NCBI GenBank assembly: GCA_020027535.1
Contig: JAHRAK010000002.1
Span: 4,646-68,645, forward strand
Source of the DNA: Nitrospirales bacterium
Lineage (GTDB): Bacteria > Nitrospirota > Nitrospiria > Nitrospirales > UBA8639
Direction: 5' to 3'
DNA length: 64,000 nucleotides
Under the pieces are notes generated by a model, which saw only the letters and a program-made list of their open reading frames with translations, did not search any database and was not told the origin of the DNA. The translations under genes were made by a program, and so were the position numbers. Shown piece after piece: positions 39,953 to 49,085 of the stretch (its first letter is position 1; each line of letters opens with the position of its first letter).

Positions 39953-40822
39953 ATGCGAGAGATGTCCACGTTTCAATCAGGTCAACGCGTCCATCTGGTC
40001 GACAAAAAAGGGCGGCAGTATGCCCTCACGCTCAAAGCCGGCGATCGGTTTCAACACAGCGGGGAGACCGTTCCGCATGACGACCTCATCGGGCAGCCCG
40101 ACGGGACCATGGTTCGTCTTTCAGGGGGCAAGACCATGATGGCCCTGAGCCCCACCTTGGCGGAATACACGCTGAAGATGCCTCGGGGGGCGCAAGTCCT
40201 GTACCCCAAGGACATCGCCATGATCCTCATGTGGGCCGACGTGTATCCGGGTGCCTCCGTGTTTGAAGCGGGGGTCGGCTCCGCGGCGTTGACGCTGGGG
40301 TTGCTGCGTGCGGTCGGCGACCGCGGGCAAGTCGTGAGCTATGAAAGACGGGAGGACTTCGCGCGAACCGCGATGAAAAATATCGAGCGATTCCTGGGCC
40401 CCGTGGCCAACTTTCATTTGGTGCAACGCGATGCCCATGACGGCATTGGTTGGGAGGTGGAGGGCACTCCCCACGTCTTCGACCGGGTGATTCTGGACTT
40501 GCCGGAGCCCTGGAACGTGGTGCCGCACGTGCCGGCTGTGCTCAGAACCGGTGGCATTTATCTGAGTTTTGTCCCGACGGTGCCCCAGGTGGTCCGGACG
40601 GTGGAGGCCCTGCAACGGACCAGGGCCTTCGGACTGATCGAAACCTTCGAGACCCTCGTGCGCCATTGGAATATCGACGGGCGTAGCGTACGGCCGGACC
40701 TGCGGATGATCGCCCATTCGGGATTCCTTACCGTGGCCCGGCGCATGGAAAAGGGCGAGGCCCCTGCGACCGTTCCTGGTGATGAAAGCGAATCCGAAGT
40801 TCCGGTGTTTGATGGCGGCTGA
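39953..40822 (+). CDS. trmI: tRNA (adenine-N1)-methyltransferase, TrmI/GCD14 family
   Basis: Contains FQSGQRVHLVDKKGRQYALTLKAG, RGAQVLYPKDIAMILMWADVYPGASVFEAGVGSAALTLGLLRAVG and LDLPEPW. The start is at 39953 or 39962. Confidence 0.85.
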   Translation: MREMSTFQSGQRVHLVDKKGRQYALTLKAGDRFQHSGETVPHDDLIGQPDGTMVRLSGGKTMMALSPTLAEYTLKMPRGAQVLYPKDIAMILMWADVYPGASVFEAGVGSAALTLGLLRAVGDRGQVVSYERREDFARTAMKNIERFLGPVANFHLVQRDAHDGIGWEVEGTPHVFDRVILDLPEPWNVVPHVPAVLRTGGIYLSFVPTVPQVVRTVEALQRTRAFGLIETFETLVRHWNIDGRSVRPDLRMIAHSGFLTVARRMEKGEAPATVPGDESESEVPVFDGG

Positions 40823-40888
40823 ACCTGTTTTCCTCCTATGGGGATCTGCTGGGGCAGGCCGTAGGGGCGGTGTCCGCGCTGTGAGCCG

Positions 40889-41260
40889 ATGAAAACACTT
40901 CTCATTGCGGACGATGACCCCGATCTGAGGTTGTTGCTTCAAACCACCCTGGAAGATCCGGCCTATCGCATCCTTGAAGCCTCGGACGGGGAATCGGCCT
41001 TGCACCTGGTCCGGCTGGAACGGCCGGACGTAGTGATCCTGGATCGGATGATGCCCAAACTCGATGGCTTTGAAGTCGCCCGGGCCGTGCTGGCCGATCA
41101 GGCCACCCGGCCTATCCCCCTAATCCTCCTGACGGCTCTGGAACAGCCTGCGGCCGGCGACGGTGCGCCGGAGGTCTTTGCCTATCTGGTCAAACCCTTC
41201 AGCCCTTTGCAACTGCTTGAAACCGTCCGGCAGGCGCTCGGTCGTACGAGTACAGCTTAG
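40889..41260 (+). CDS. Stand-alone response-regulator receiver (CheY-like) protein
   Basis: MKTLLIADDDPDLRLLL...PDVVILDRMMPKLDGFEV...LTA has the conserved DD, D and T/K positions. Confidence 0.9.
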   Translation: MKTLLIADDDPDLRLLLQTTLEDPAYRILEASDGESALHLVRLERPDVVILDRMMPKLDGFEVARAVLADQATRPIPLILLTALEQPAAGDGAPEVFAYLVKPFSPLQLLETVRQALGRTSTA

Positions 41261-41273
41261 GCCCTGTTAGCCG

Positions 41274-42089
41274 ATGAAACTCTCTCAGGAATTCGTCCCG
41301 GATGATGATCTCAATAAACAACTGCGCTCGGCCAAGTCGCAACTGGCCCTGTATGCCAAAGATCTGAAAGCTCTGTTGTCCCGTGAACGAACAAAATCAT
41401 GCAAGCTGGAAACGACGAATCAGCAGTTGCAGGCCTATGCGGCCGAACAACACAAAACACGGGAACTCGAAAAAGCCTATGCCGATACCGTGATCCGCCT
41501 GACCTTGGCCTCGCGGTACAAGGACGAAGAGACCGGCGCGCACATTCAGCGCCTGAGTCACTACAGCAAAATCCTGGCGCGGGTCATCGGCCTCGACGAA
41601 CGGGACGCCCAACTGATTTTCGACGCGGCGCCCATGCATGACGTGGGGAAGGTGGGGATCCCCGACAGGATCATGCACAAGCAGGGGCCGTTGGATGAAC
41701 AGGAATGGGAAATCGTCAAACGTCACCCGATCCTGGGAGCCAATCTGTTGGCCGGGTCCCCGTCGTTGCTCCTGCAGACCGCGCGGGACATTGCCCTCAC
41801 GCATCACGAACGGTGGGACGGGAGCGGCTACCCGCAAGGGTTGAAAGGCGAGGCCATTCCCTTGGGCGGGCGGATGGTCATGTTGGGAGATACCTATGAC
41901 GCGCTTCGGAGCGTGCGCGCGTATAAACCGGCCTTTTCCCATGAGAAGGCGTGCGACATCATCCTGAATGGTAATGCGCGGACCCAACCCGGACATTTCG
42001 ATCCGACGCTTCTCGAAGCCTTTCGGGACAGGCACCTGGAGTTCGATGGGATTTTTTCGGAAATCAGGGAGGAAGAGTCCACGCCGTAG
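41274..42089 (+). CDS. HD-GYP domain cyclic-di-GMP phosphodiesterase
   Basis: Contains HIQRLSHY, APMHDVGKVGIPD, KRHPILG and HHERWDGSGYPQGLKGEAIPLGGRMVMLGDTYDAL. Confidence 0.9.
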   Translation: MKLSQEFVPDDDLNKQLRSAKSQLALYAKDLKALLSRERTKSCKLETTNQQLQAYAAEQHKTRELEKAYADTVIRLTLASRYKDEETGAHIQRLSHYSKILARVIGLDERDAQLIFDAAPMHDVGKVGIPDRIMHKQGPLDEQEWEIVKRHPILGANLLAGSPSLLLQTARDIALTHHERWDGSGYPQGLKGEAIPLGGRMVMLGDTYDALRSVRAYKPAFSHEKACDIILNGNARTQPGHFDPTLLEAFRDRHLEFDGIFSEIREEESTP

Positions 42090-42131
42090 CCTTGTCTTGA
42101 ACCCTCGCCCCTAGTCCGAAATGAGGCGAAG

Positions 42132-42218
42132 CCCCCGACATTTTTAATCGGGGGGCAGGGTGAGGGGGGTAAAGCATAGTTTCCCCTCCTTTGTAAGAAG
42201 GGGTTAGGGGAGGTAGAG
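42132..42218. repeat. Family A half unit (CCCCCGACatttttaATCGGGGG), family C fragment and a solo family B arm (42183-42218)
   Basis: The motifs were read directly in the spacer after the HD-GYP gene. Confidence 0.6.
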
Positions 42219-42269
42219 GCAATTATGGGCTGGCATCATGCCACCGGAAACACTCGCGGAATGCAACGC

Positions 42270-42698
42270 TCAGCGTTGCGGGGAATCGACCGGATATCCG
42301 GCTTCGGCCCAGGCGTTCATGCTTCCTATGACGTTATACACGTATTGGTACCCGAGGCCGGCCAGCGTTTCGGCGGCGATGTTGCTCCGGTGCCCGGATT
42401 GACAATACACGACAATATGATCGTCGAGCCTTGCACCGATTTCCGTGTGGCGGCGGCCAATCTCCCGAAAATCGATATTGCCGTCGGTGCCGGGAATGAA
42501 GCCCGTCATATGTTCATCGCCGGTGCGGACGTCAATCAGAAAAAACCCTTTCTGCTGGAGGCTCGGAGCTTTTTGCAGGCCCCGGTTCAACTCCTGGACG
42601 GTCAGCACGTACGTTTGTTGAGCCGAGACGGAATCGCCCAGCACCATCAATGCGAGTAAGAGACCCATGAGGCTACTGAGAATTGTCCGGATCTTCAT
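42270..42698 (-). CDS. Secreted single-domain rhodanese (sulfurtransferase)
   Basis: GGGAGG RBS precedes MKIRTILSSLMGLLLALMVLGDSVSAQ. Also contains FLIDVRTGDEH and the active-site loop VVYCQSGHRS. The longer track ORF (to 43070) reads through a repeat element. Confidence 0.88.
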   Translation of the reverse strand: MKIRTILSSLMGLLLALMVLGDSVSAQQTYVLTVQELNRGLQKAPSLQQKGFFLIDVRTGDEHMTGFIPGTDGNIDFREIGRRHTEIGARLDDHIVVYCQSGHRSNIAAETLAGLGYQYVYNVIGSMNAWAEAGYPVDSPQR

Positions 42699-42866
42699 AT
42701 ATAACCTCCCTGTCGAAATAGTGTGGAGGAGAATCAGGAACGACATGCACTTCCTGCGTATGGAATATCCTATGCCCACTTTCGGAATTTGGTCAAGAGC
42801 AGGCGTGGGTGCACTACTCTCCGATTTCAACGGTCGGGGACAGGCGTTGGCACGCGGGTTGATGTA

Positions 42867-43013
42867 TGAGGCTTTCCCTCCCCTTTGTAAGGGGAGGATA
42901 GGTGGGGTAGAGCCGACCGACCGGGGAGCACTGGTGGGGGGCGTCCTGTACACAGACTCTACCTCCCGACTTTTCCCTCTTCGGAAAAAGTTCCCGTCCT
43001 TACAAAGGAGGGG
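42867..43013. repeat. Repeat family B element (full copy, opposite orientation to 23359-23512)
   Basis: Reads cctcccctttgtaaggggaggataggtggggtagag ... ctctacctcccgacttttccctcttcggaaaaagttcccgtccttacaaaggagggg. Confidence 0.85.
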
Positions 43014-43077
43014 AATCAGACGAGCACGCGAAAGGTTTCTGAACGTATATAAAGCAGGGGGGACGTTCATCGTGGCG

Positions 43078-43356
43078 ATGGGGTTCGTGATGGGGGGGTG
43101 TGGCGGCGGCGTTCAGGTCATTCGCGAGAGCCCGGATTCCGGCGTCGTCCGGTATCTGTACAAAGGAAACGAGGGACACCTGTCCACATTCAAGCGCGGC
43201 GAGGCGTTTGACAAGATTCGCGAGTTCTGTCGCGGCCCGTACGATGTGCTCAAAGAAGGAAAAACCAAAGGCCGGCAACGGGTGGTCGAGGGCATGGGGG
43301 GCACGGAAGTCGTGACCGAAGACTGGTGGGGCATCCGGTTTCAATGCCTGCCCTGA
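43078..43356 (+). CDS. Hypothetical small lipoprotein
   Basis: MGFVMGGCGGG has a lipobox-like motif, followed by VQVIRESPDSGVVRYLYKG.... The start is uncertain (GTG 43072 or ATG 43078); the upstream part of the track ORF is repeat DNA. Confidence 0.45.
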   Translation: MGFVMGGCGGGVQVIRESPDSGVVRYLYKGNEGHLSTFKRGEAFDKIREFCRGPYDVLKEGKTKGRQRVVEGMGGTEVVTEDWWGIRFQCLP

Positions 43357-43426
43357 GCCAAGTCGAAGGGCACGGAGTAAACGAAGGGTGCGATTGTCTC
43401 CCTGTCACGATAATGATGGAGGCCGA

Positions 43427-43726
43427 ATGATGATTGAGCAGCGTTTCTTGCCGGACGACGTAGAGCCCTATGGTAAAACCCCTCTGTTCACGAATGAAAC
43501 CGTGCCCGACAAGATCCTGAACCATCATGACTTACAAGCCGGAACATGGGGACTGCTAACGGTTGAAGCCGGCACGGTGAGTTTTTTTCGGCAAGGCGCC
43601 GAGGCGCCGCTTGCGGTCATTCCAGCGGGAGAGACGTTCGTTATCCTGCCGGAAGAAGTTCATCATGTGCGTTTGTCCGAGGACGCCGAATTTTTCGTGA
43701 CGTTCTACAAACGTCCTAAGAAGTAG
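43427..43726 (+). CDS. DUF1971-type (TehB N-terminal-like cupin) protein
   Basis: GGAGG lies 5 nt upstream. MMIEQRFLPDDVEPYGKTPLFTNETVPDKILNHHDLQAGTWGLLTVEAGTVSFF...HHV...FFVTFY matches the DUF1971 pattern as I remember it. Confidence 0.65.
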   Translation: MMIEQRFLPDDVEPYGKTPLFTNETVPDKILNHHDLQAGTWGLLTVEAGTVSFFRQGAEAPLAVIPAGETFVILPEEVHHVRLSEDAEFFVTFYKRPKK

Positions 43727-43777
43727 CAACAAAGTGTAGGTGTGTCCATCAAATCATTCCTTGCGTCGTCACCAATT

Positions 43778-43825
43778 CCTGCCCTGCCTGTCCTGAGCGA
43801 AGTCGAAGGAAGCGAAGTCGAAGGG
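43778..43825. repeat. Repeat family D, tandem units (..CCTGTCCTGAGCGAAGTCGAAGGAAGCGAAGTCGAAGGG)
   Basis: Read directly. Confidence 0.6.
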
Positions 43826-43877
43826 TTCCTCGAAATGAAGAGCCCTTGCATCCATGACGCCAAAAGGAGGTGCGAGG

Positions 43878-44312
43878 ATGTTTGGTAATCCATCGTTGAC
43901 CACACGCATCGCCATCGGAAAGGCCATCGGCTTCTTGATCGGCCTCGCCGGGTTTGTTTTCCTTCCCTGGTTTATGCCCGAAGCGGGTTGGTTGATCCGA
44001 TGGGGAATCTTGCTTTGGTATACGACGCTGGGAGCGATCATCGGGATGTTCGGTGTGTTCACCTGGCACCCCGTTTTGAAGTTGCCTATGCCTTGGTGGG
44101 TTCGCGACCCGTTTATTGGAGCCTGGATGAATTTCGTCCTGACATTTTTTGCCTATGACATGTTGAAACAGGCAATGGAGACCATATTCGGTCTTGATGG
44201 CGTCCTCAACTCGCCCTTTTGGTTTGTGGCCGAGGGCGCTGTCGTTGGGCTCATCATCGGCTATTGCGCGACACGCTTCGGCGGCGAGGGCGTAGAGACC
44301 GCTGGCCGGTGA
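43878..44312 (+). CDS. Hypothetical integral membrane protein (about 4 TM helices)
   Basis: GGAGG lies 7 nt upstream of the ATG at 43878. Hydrophobic segments include IGFLIGLAGFVFLPWF, WGILLWYTTLGAIIGMFGVF, FIGAWMNFVLTFFAY and FWFVAEGAVVGLIIGY. Confidence 0.65.
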   Translation: MFGNPSLTTRIAIGKAIGFLIGLAGFVFLPWFMPEAGWLIRWGILLWYTTLGAIIGMFGVFTWHPVLKLPMPWWVRDPFIGAWMNFVLTFFAYDMLKQAMETIFGLDGVLNSPFWFVAEGAVVGLIIGYCATRFGGEGVETAGR

Positions 44313-44404
44313 AGACGCCGGTGAACGGTCGGTTCCTGCCCCAGTACCGGGTGCTCAAGGAAGGAAAAACAAAATCATTCGCCTGATCCGCGGTCCATAC
44401 AGTT

Positions 44405-44815
44405 TCACGCTTCAGGCTCCCATCGCCTCACGTCGTCAAATTGCTCAAAGTCCTTGTCAAAGGTCGCCACGTGGTCGTTGGAGGCCGCAGCCAGGGAAGC
44501 CAGATAGCAATCCAGAAAGTCGCATTTTGTTGAGGCAAATCGATTCAAGGCATCAAGCATTTCGTCACGCTTCATGCAGCGGACGCCGGCACTCAGGATG
44601 ACCTTGCTCAGCCATTCTGTAATCGGGTTCCGCTTGATGTTGTAGAAAGAGTGCAGGACCCACACCGCCTCGGCCACAGCCACTTCGGTCAGGATCAACG
44701 TGCATTTTCCATCACAAGCCTCGCCAAACAGCTTCCGGGCTGCCGGGGAGTGTGTGTCATGGTCGCCGAGGATGAAGCGGATCAGGACGTTGGTGTCCAG
44801 GAGATACTTGGTCAT
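44405..44815 (-). CDS. vapC: PIN-domain toxin, VapC family
   Basis: Contains MTKYLLDTNVLIRF (first acidic Asp), ...LTEVAVAEAV..., ...DCYLA... and ...VATFDKDF. It has a 4-bp ATGA overlap with the upstream antitoxin gene. Confidence 0.88.
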   Translation of the reverse strand: MTKYLLDTNVLIRFILGDHDTHSPAARKLFGEACDGKCTLILTEVAVAEAVWVLHSFYNIKRNPITEWLSKVILSAGVRCMKRDEMLDALNRFASTKCDFLDCYLASLAAASNDHVATFDKDFEQFDDVRRWEPEA

Positions 44816-45054
44816 CTATATCTCGAAACCCTTGTTTTGCGTGCTGCCGCTCGCTCTTCGGATTTGGAGGCAGGCGGCCGGTCGCTTGCAAGACAGCCAT
44901 ACAGATCCTTGAGCGTTTCGGGTTGGGGCTTCACCACAACGGCGCCGTCAACCACCTCATAGATGAGCTGCTGCCGAGGCTTGAGGTGGAGCGCCTTGCG
45001 TACTTCGGCCGGGATGGTGGTTTGCCATTTATCGGTTAACGTTGACTTGATCAC
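44812..45054 (-). CDS. vapB: AbrB/MazE/SpoVT-type antitoxin, VapB partner
   Basis: GGAGG lies 7 nt before GTG 45054. (M)IKSTLTDKWQTTIPAEVRKALHLKP matches the swapped-hairpin antitoxin N-terminus. The track ORF extends to 45138. Confidence 0.8.
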   Translation of the reverse strand: MIKSTLTDKWQTTIPAEVRKALHLKPRQQLIYEVVDGAVVVKPQPETLKDLYGCLASDRPPASKSEERAAARKTRVSRYR

Positions 45055-45215
45055 AGACCAACCTCCTTCCATTGTTTTTATAGATTCATTGCTTAAATAT
45101 AACAATGAAAAGCAGATTGCGCAAGCATGGTTCCACAACGGCGTCTCGATCTCGGATTATCGCAGATGAAAGGAATACACGGATCAAATCCATGCAGCCT
45201 GCGTCATTCTGTGGT

Positions 45216-45747
45216 TCAGATGTTTTCCACCGCCGTGAGTTCCGTCGGCGTCAGGTCGTAAAGCTGATAAACGAGGCGGTCAATCTTCGCTTCTTGTTCG
45301 GTGGTGTCTGCTTTCGGGTTGGCGGATTTGGCCTTCAGGATGCTGTCGACCAAGTTGATGAATGGACGTTGCTCTGTTAGGTCAATCCGAAGCAGCTTTT
45401 CTTTGGTGAATTCCTCACGGTAGGCGCAGTTGCGGAGGTTATACTGTGTCTTGCCTTTGTCCTCCCGCTTTTCTCTGCTTGGTCTTGGCACGCTCCAGCG
45501 ATGTTTCTTGCTGTAGATGGATGACGAGAATATCAAAGAGCTTCTCGTCCGAGCCTTTATACTTGCCTATGCGTTCGACCAGTTTGATTGAGTCTCGAAA
45601 ATCGTCAAAGATGTACTGGCCTTTGTAGGTGAACGGCGCTTCCTCAACGTGATTGAGTAGATTTTTGATCAAAGACACAAAACGTTCCTTGTTAAAGGAA
45701 CTTTGGAGCGTTTCCCGCACCAGTCTTTGAGCGGCGGCTTGGTCCAT
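45216..45747 (-). pseudogene. Remnant of a type IIG / Eco57I-PglX-like restriction-modification methyltransferase-endonuclease gene (N- and C-termini retained, about 0.9-1 k codons deleted)
   Basis: The N-terminal fragment MDQAAAQRLVRETLQSSFNKERFVSLIKNLL...ERIGKYKGSDEKLFDILVIHLQQETSLERAKTKQRK is the conserved leader of these enzymes. The C-terminal fragment ...YNLRNCAYREEFTKEKLL...INLVDSILKAK...EAKIDRLVYQLYDLTPTELTAVENI* is their canonical tail. The two fragments are in different frames. Confidence 0.65.
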
Positions 45748-46019
45748 TTATTCACTGATGAGATATTCGGATAAAATGACTTCCCTTGGACCGGAGGTGT
45801 GCGCGGACAATACCCTTATTGCCATCCTTATTTAGGCGTTACTACCCTTATTCTTGCAGAAACGCCAGCAGGCCCCCGCCCCCTCGCGCCGTCGCGATGC
45901 GCCAGTCACCCCCTGAAGGGGGCACACCCCCTTCAAAACCCCCGTTCGATTCCCACCCTCTTTGACGGCTGGTGGATAGCGTTTTGGCTCCACTTTGTAT
46001 GGCACGGTCCTTGACATTT

Positions 46020-46109
<90 letters not shown>

Positions 46110-46250
46110 ACATTGCAGGGATTACGGCAAATTTTGTCATTTTAGCATGGGGCCTTCGGAGCAACAAGACAGCTCGTTGGGGAGTACGGATCTCGTTGAC
46201 GCGAACGTCGCTTCCGTTCCTCAGGAAATAGTGTGTTTGTCCTCTCCATT

Positions 46251-46290
46251 CCCCTCACCCCGCCCTCTCCCTCAAGCGGGGGAGAGGGAG
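46251..46290. repeat. Palindromic repeat family C
   Basis: Reads cccctcaccccgccctctccctcaagcgggggagagggag. Confidence 0.65.
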
Positions 46291-46299
46291 TCGAATGAC

Positions 46300-47115
46300 T
46301 CAGGTCCCCAATGACTGGCGTCGTTGAAATAATCTTTGCCGTCGGGACGATCCCGTCAGAGCCTTATAGAGATGGCCGCGAAACAGCATCATCAGTACCG
46401 CCCCGACAGGCGTCAGACAAAGAACCAGGATTACGGCCATCGACGAGGAAAGCCCGAGATATTGGAACCACTGACTCAACACGGCAAAGGGCAATCCCAA
46501 TAATTGAAAAAAGTCCAACCCGATCAGCCGGCCGCTTCGGCTCGAAATCGAAAAGAAAAAGGACAGACCAAAAGGCGCGAAGACCACGGCAAGGGGCAAA
46601 AACCATTCAATCCAATTTTCCAGGACAAATTCGTAACTGTCTTTGAGGATTTCAAGTGAGGCACCCGAACGCCCCTGGTAAATCAGTTCAGGGACGGGGT
46701 TGAGCAAAATAAATAACAGCAGAAAGACGGCCGAGACAATCGCCGGCCCATAGGGATTGGCTTGCATGCCGAGTTCGAGAATTTGCAAGGGCACCCATAC
46801 GATAAAGCCAACCGTGATCACATCCCAAAAATAGCTGCCTGCCACGTCCCACAAATCGCGCCAGACCATTGGCCGTGCGCCCACCACGGCTTGTTCGAGT
46901 AAGCCCAGAAAGACACCAACCACAAAGGCATTGGCCACGCCAAGTAATAAGCCTCCGAGCATGCCGAAGGCCATGGCCACCCCGGTGACCACGTACATGA
47001 GAACGGCCAGGATCATGACCGCCGGCACGAGCAACCAGTTTCGGGTCAACGACCGCCACGTTGCAAGCAACGCGTGACGATAGAGTTGAAGGGTCGCTGG
47101 GACGAACTCCGACAT
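46300..47115 (-). CDS. Hypothetical polytopic membrane protein
   Basis: At least six hydrophobic segments (e.g. WLLVPAVMILAVLMYVVTGVAMAF, GLLLGVANAFVVGVFLGLL and AIVSAVFLLLFILL). Start is ATG 47115 or TTG 47130. Confidence 0.7.
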   Translation of the reverse strand: MSEFVPATLQLYRHALLATWRSLTRNWLLVPAVMILAVLMYVVTGVAMAFGMLGGLLLGVANAFVVGVFLGLLEQAVVGARPMVWRDLWDVAGSYFWDVITVGFIVWVPLQILELGMQANPYGPAIVSAVFLLLFILLNPVPELIYQGRSGASLEILKDSYEFVLENWIEWFLPLAVVFAPFGLSFFFSISSRSGRLIGLDFFQLLGLPFAVLSQWFQYLGLSSSMAVILVLCLTPVGAVLMMLFRGHLYKALTGSSRRQRLFQRRQSLGT

Positions 47116-47148
47116 GCGTCGTCGTGGCAAAAGGGATGTGGGAGACGA

Positions 47149-47400
47149 TTAGCCTGACGATTTCTGCTTGAGGGCAAGAATGTCTTGTTGTTGCCGGTCT
47201 CGTTCCTGTTCGATCTGCTTTAACCGGTTGGGCCGGTCAAGGGTCCACCACTTCACGCGATCTTTAAACGAAACCATTTTGGGCGCCACGCTTTTGAGTG
47301 TCTCCTCCTGAAAATGAAACCCTTTGTGCGTCTCGCGCGTTTGGATGAATTGCTCGTAAATATTCAGGTACAGTTTTTTGAGATCCATGCTGAACACCAT
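47149..47400 (-). CDS. Hypothetical protein (83 aa)
   Basis: ORF-track entry with a charged helical C-terminus (IEQERDRQQQDILALKQK), directly upstream of the membrane protein gene. Confidence 0.5.
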   Translation of the reverse strand: MVFSMDLKKLYLNIYEQFIQTRETHKGFHFQEETLKSVAPKMVSFKDRVKWWTLDRPNRLKQIEQERDRQQQDILALKQKSSG

Positions 47401-47486
47401 AGCCTACGGCATTGGATTCTGGCAAGAACCCGTTGCGTGGAAGGTCTCGGATCGTCCACTCAGCTTTCAGGAAGACGGGCCGGGCG

Positions 47487-47516
47487 TTGACACCCTACGC
47501 ACCGTATGAGTAAATA
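47487..47516 (+). promoter_or_regulatory. Candidate sigma70 promoter (TTGACA-18-TAAATA) for tRNA-Leu/tig
   Basis: Reads TTGACAccctacgcaccgtatgagTAAATA, about 85 nt upstream of the tRNA. Confidence 0.35.
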
Positions 47517-47599
47517 GAAAAAACAGTTAAGCCTGTTGCCTTTTGGGCTCCAGCCGTACCGTTTCGAATGATCCTCAGAAAAGGAATAGATTCTTAGAC

Positions 47600-47682
47600 G
47601 CGAGAGTGGCGGAACTGGCAGACGCGCGAGATTTAGGATCTCGTGGGAGACCGTGGGGGTTCAAGTCCCCCCTCTCGCACCA
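47600..47682 (+). tRNA. tRNA-Leu (anticodon UAG), CCA encoded
   Basis: Reads GCGAGAG-TG-GCGGAACTGGCAGACGC-G-CGAGA-TTTAGGA-TCTCG-TGGGAGACCGT-GGGGG-TTCAAGT-CCCCC-CTCTCGC-A-CCA. Confidence 0.9.
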
Positions 47683-47717
47683 TTCACCGCCATCTTTCAT
47701 CAAAGAACGATCTCACC

Positions 47718-49043
47718 ATGAAATTGGAAGTCACAGAATTAGGGCCGGTTAAACGTGCGATTAAAATTGAAGTGCCGGAAGACGTCGTCAACCAGGAATT
47801 TGACCGGGTGTATACCGACCTGAAACGCCAGGTGCGGGTCCCGGGCTTCCGGCCCGGTAAGGCGCCGGTCGCCATGTTGGAAAAACGCTACGCGAAGGCC
47901 GCCGAACAGGATGTCATTCAGCGCTTGGTCCCAACCTATTACCAGAAGGCGATTCAAGAAGCCGGCGTGACCCCCGTTCTGGTTGAAATTCCTCTTTTGG
48001 AGCGATTGAAAGTCACCCGCAACACGTCGCTGACCTTCACCGCCACCGTTGAAATCAAGCCTTCTATTGAATTACGTGATTATCGTCCACCCAATCCGAT
48101 TTCCTTGAAGCCCGATTCCCGGACCATTGCCGACCAGGACGTGGGGACGACCCTGGAACGATTTCGAGAACAACAGTCCCGGCTTGATGCCGCCCCTTCC
48201 GACACCCTCCTGGCTGAGGGCCTGTATGCGGTCGTGACGCTTGAAGGCTTTTTGGATGGCGAGCCGGTGGAAGGATCGAAAAAGGAAGGCCTGCTCCACA
48301 AAGTGGGGTCCCAGGAACCCGTGCTAGGTCTCACCATCGACGAGGTGCTGGTGGGGAAGAAGGAAGGAGAGCACGCGGAGATTCGCCAGGAATATTCCGC
48401 CACGCATCCGGATGCCCGTCTGGCCGGCAAGATCATCACGTTTCACGTCTCAATCCTGGGGGTGAAGAAAAAAATTCTCCCGGAGTTAGATGATGAATTT
48501 GCCAAAGATTGCGGGGCCTATGACACCCTCGAGGCGCTTAAAGACAAGATTCGATCCGAATTGGAATCGGTACTCAAACGGAGCATGGAGGAAGGCTATA
48601 AGGATCAAATTCTTGAGCGTCTTTTGGAAATGCATCATTTTGATCTCCCTGAAGCCCTGATCGAACGTGAAATTCGCACGATGGTGCGACAACGCCTCAT
48701 GGAAGAGCAACGGAAAAAGGATGGTAAGCTCTCGATGCATGATCAAATCCACATGGAAGAGGAGGCGAAACGCATCCAACAAGAGGTCGCTCCGGGGGCG
48801 CAAAAACGCGTCAAGCTCGGGTTGGTGTTGGAAGCCATTGCGGACAAGGAAGGGATCTCCGTGAGTGAGCAGGACATTCAGGAGGAATTCTCCAAACTCG
48901 CCCGTGGCCTTCAAGTCCCGCTGGGAGACATTCAAAAGATGGTGGAAGCGGGAGGGCAAAGTTCACGTCAAGAGTTTGAGGATCGCATCCGGGCCGAAAA
49001 AGCGCTTCAATTGGTCTACCAATATGCGGTGATTCAAGGGTAA
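47718..49043 (+). CDS. tig: Trigger factor (ribosome-associated chaperone/PPIase)
   Basis: Contains MKLEVTELGPVKRAIKIEVPEDVVNQEFDRVYTDLKRQVRVPGFRPGKAP (the GFRxGxxP ribosome-binding motif) and shows tig-clpP-clpX synteny. Confidence 0.93.
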   Translation: MKLEVTELGPVKRAIKIEVPEDVVNQEFDRVYTDLKRQVRVPGFRPGKAPVAMLEKRYAKAAEQDVIQRLVPTYYQKAIQEAGVTPVLVEIPLLERLKVTRNTSLTFTATVEIKPSIELRDYRPPNPISLKPDSRTIADQDVGTTLERFREQQSRLDAAPSDTLLAEGLYAVVTLEGFLDGEPVEGSKKEGLLHKVGSQEPVLGLTIDEVLVGKKEGEHAEIRQEYSATHPDARLAGKIITFHVSILGVKKKILPELDDEFAKDCGAYDTLEALKDKIRSELESVLKRSMEEGYKDQILERLLEMHHFDLPEALIEREIRTMVRQRLMEEQRKKDGKLSMHDQIHMEEEAKRIQQEVAPGAQKRVKLGLVLEAIADKEGISVSEQDIQEEFSKLARGLQVPLGDIQKMVEAGGQSSRQEFEDRIRAEKALQLVYQYAVIQG

Positions 49044-49085
49044 GGCTCTCCGACAACCAGTGTTTGCACAGAAAGGTAGAACCGT

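Noticed and set aside
45748-46019. Integrase gene or remnant next to tRNA-Ser
   Set aside because: No frame in this 270-bp spacer gives tyrosine-recombinase motifs. Only short repeats and an inverted tRNA-end copy are present.
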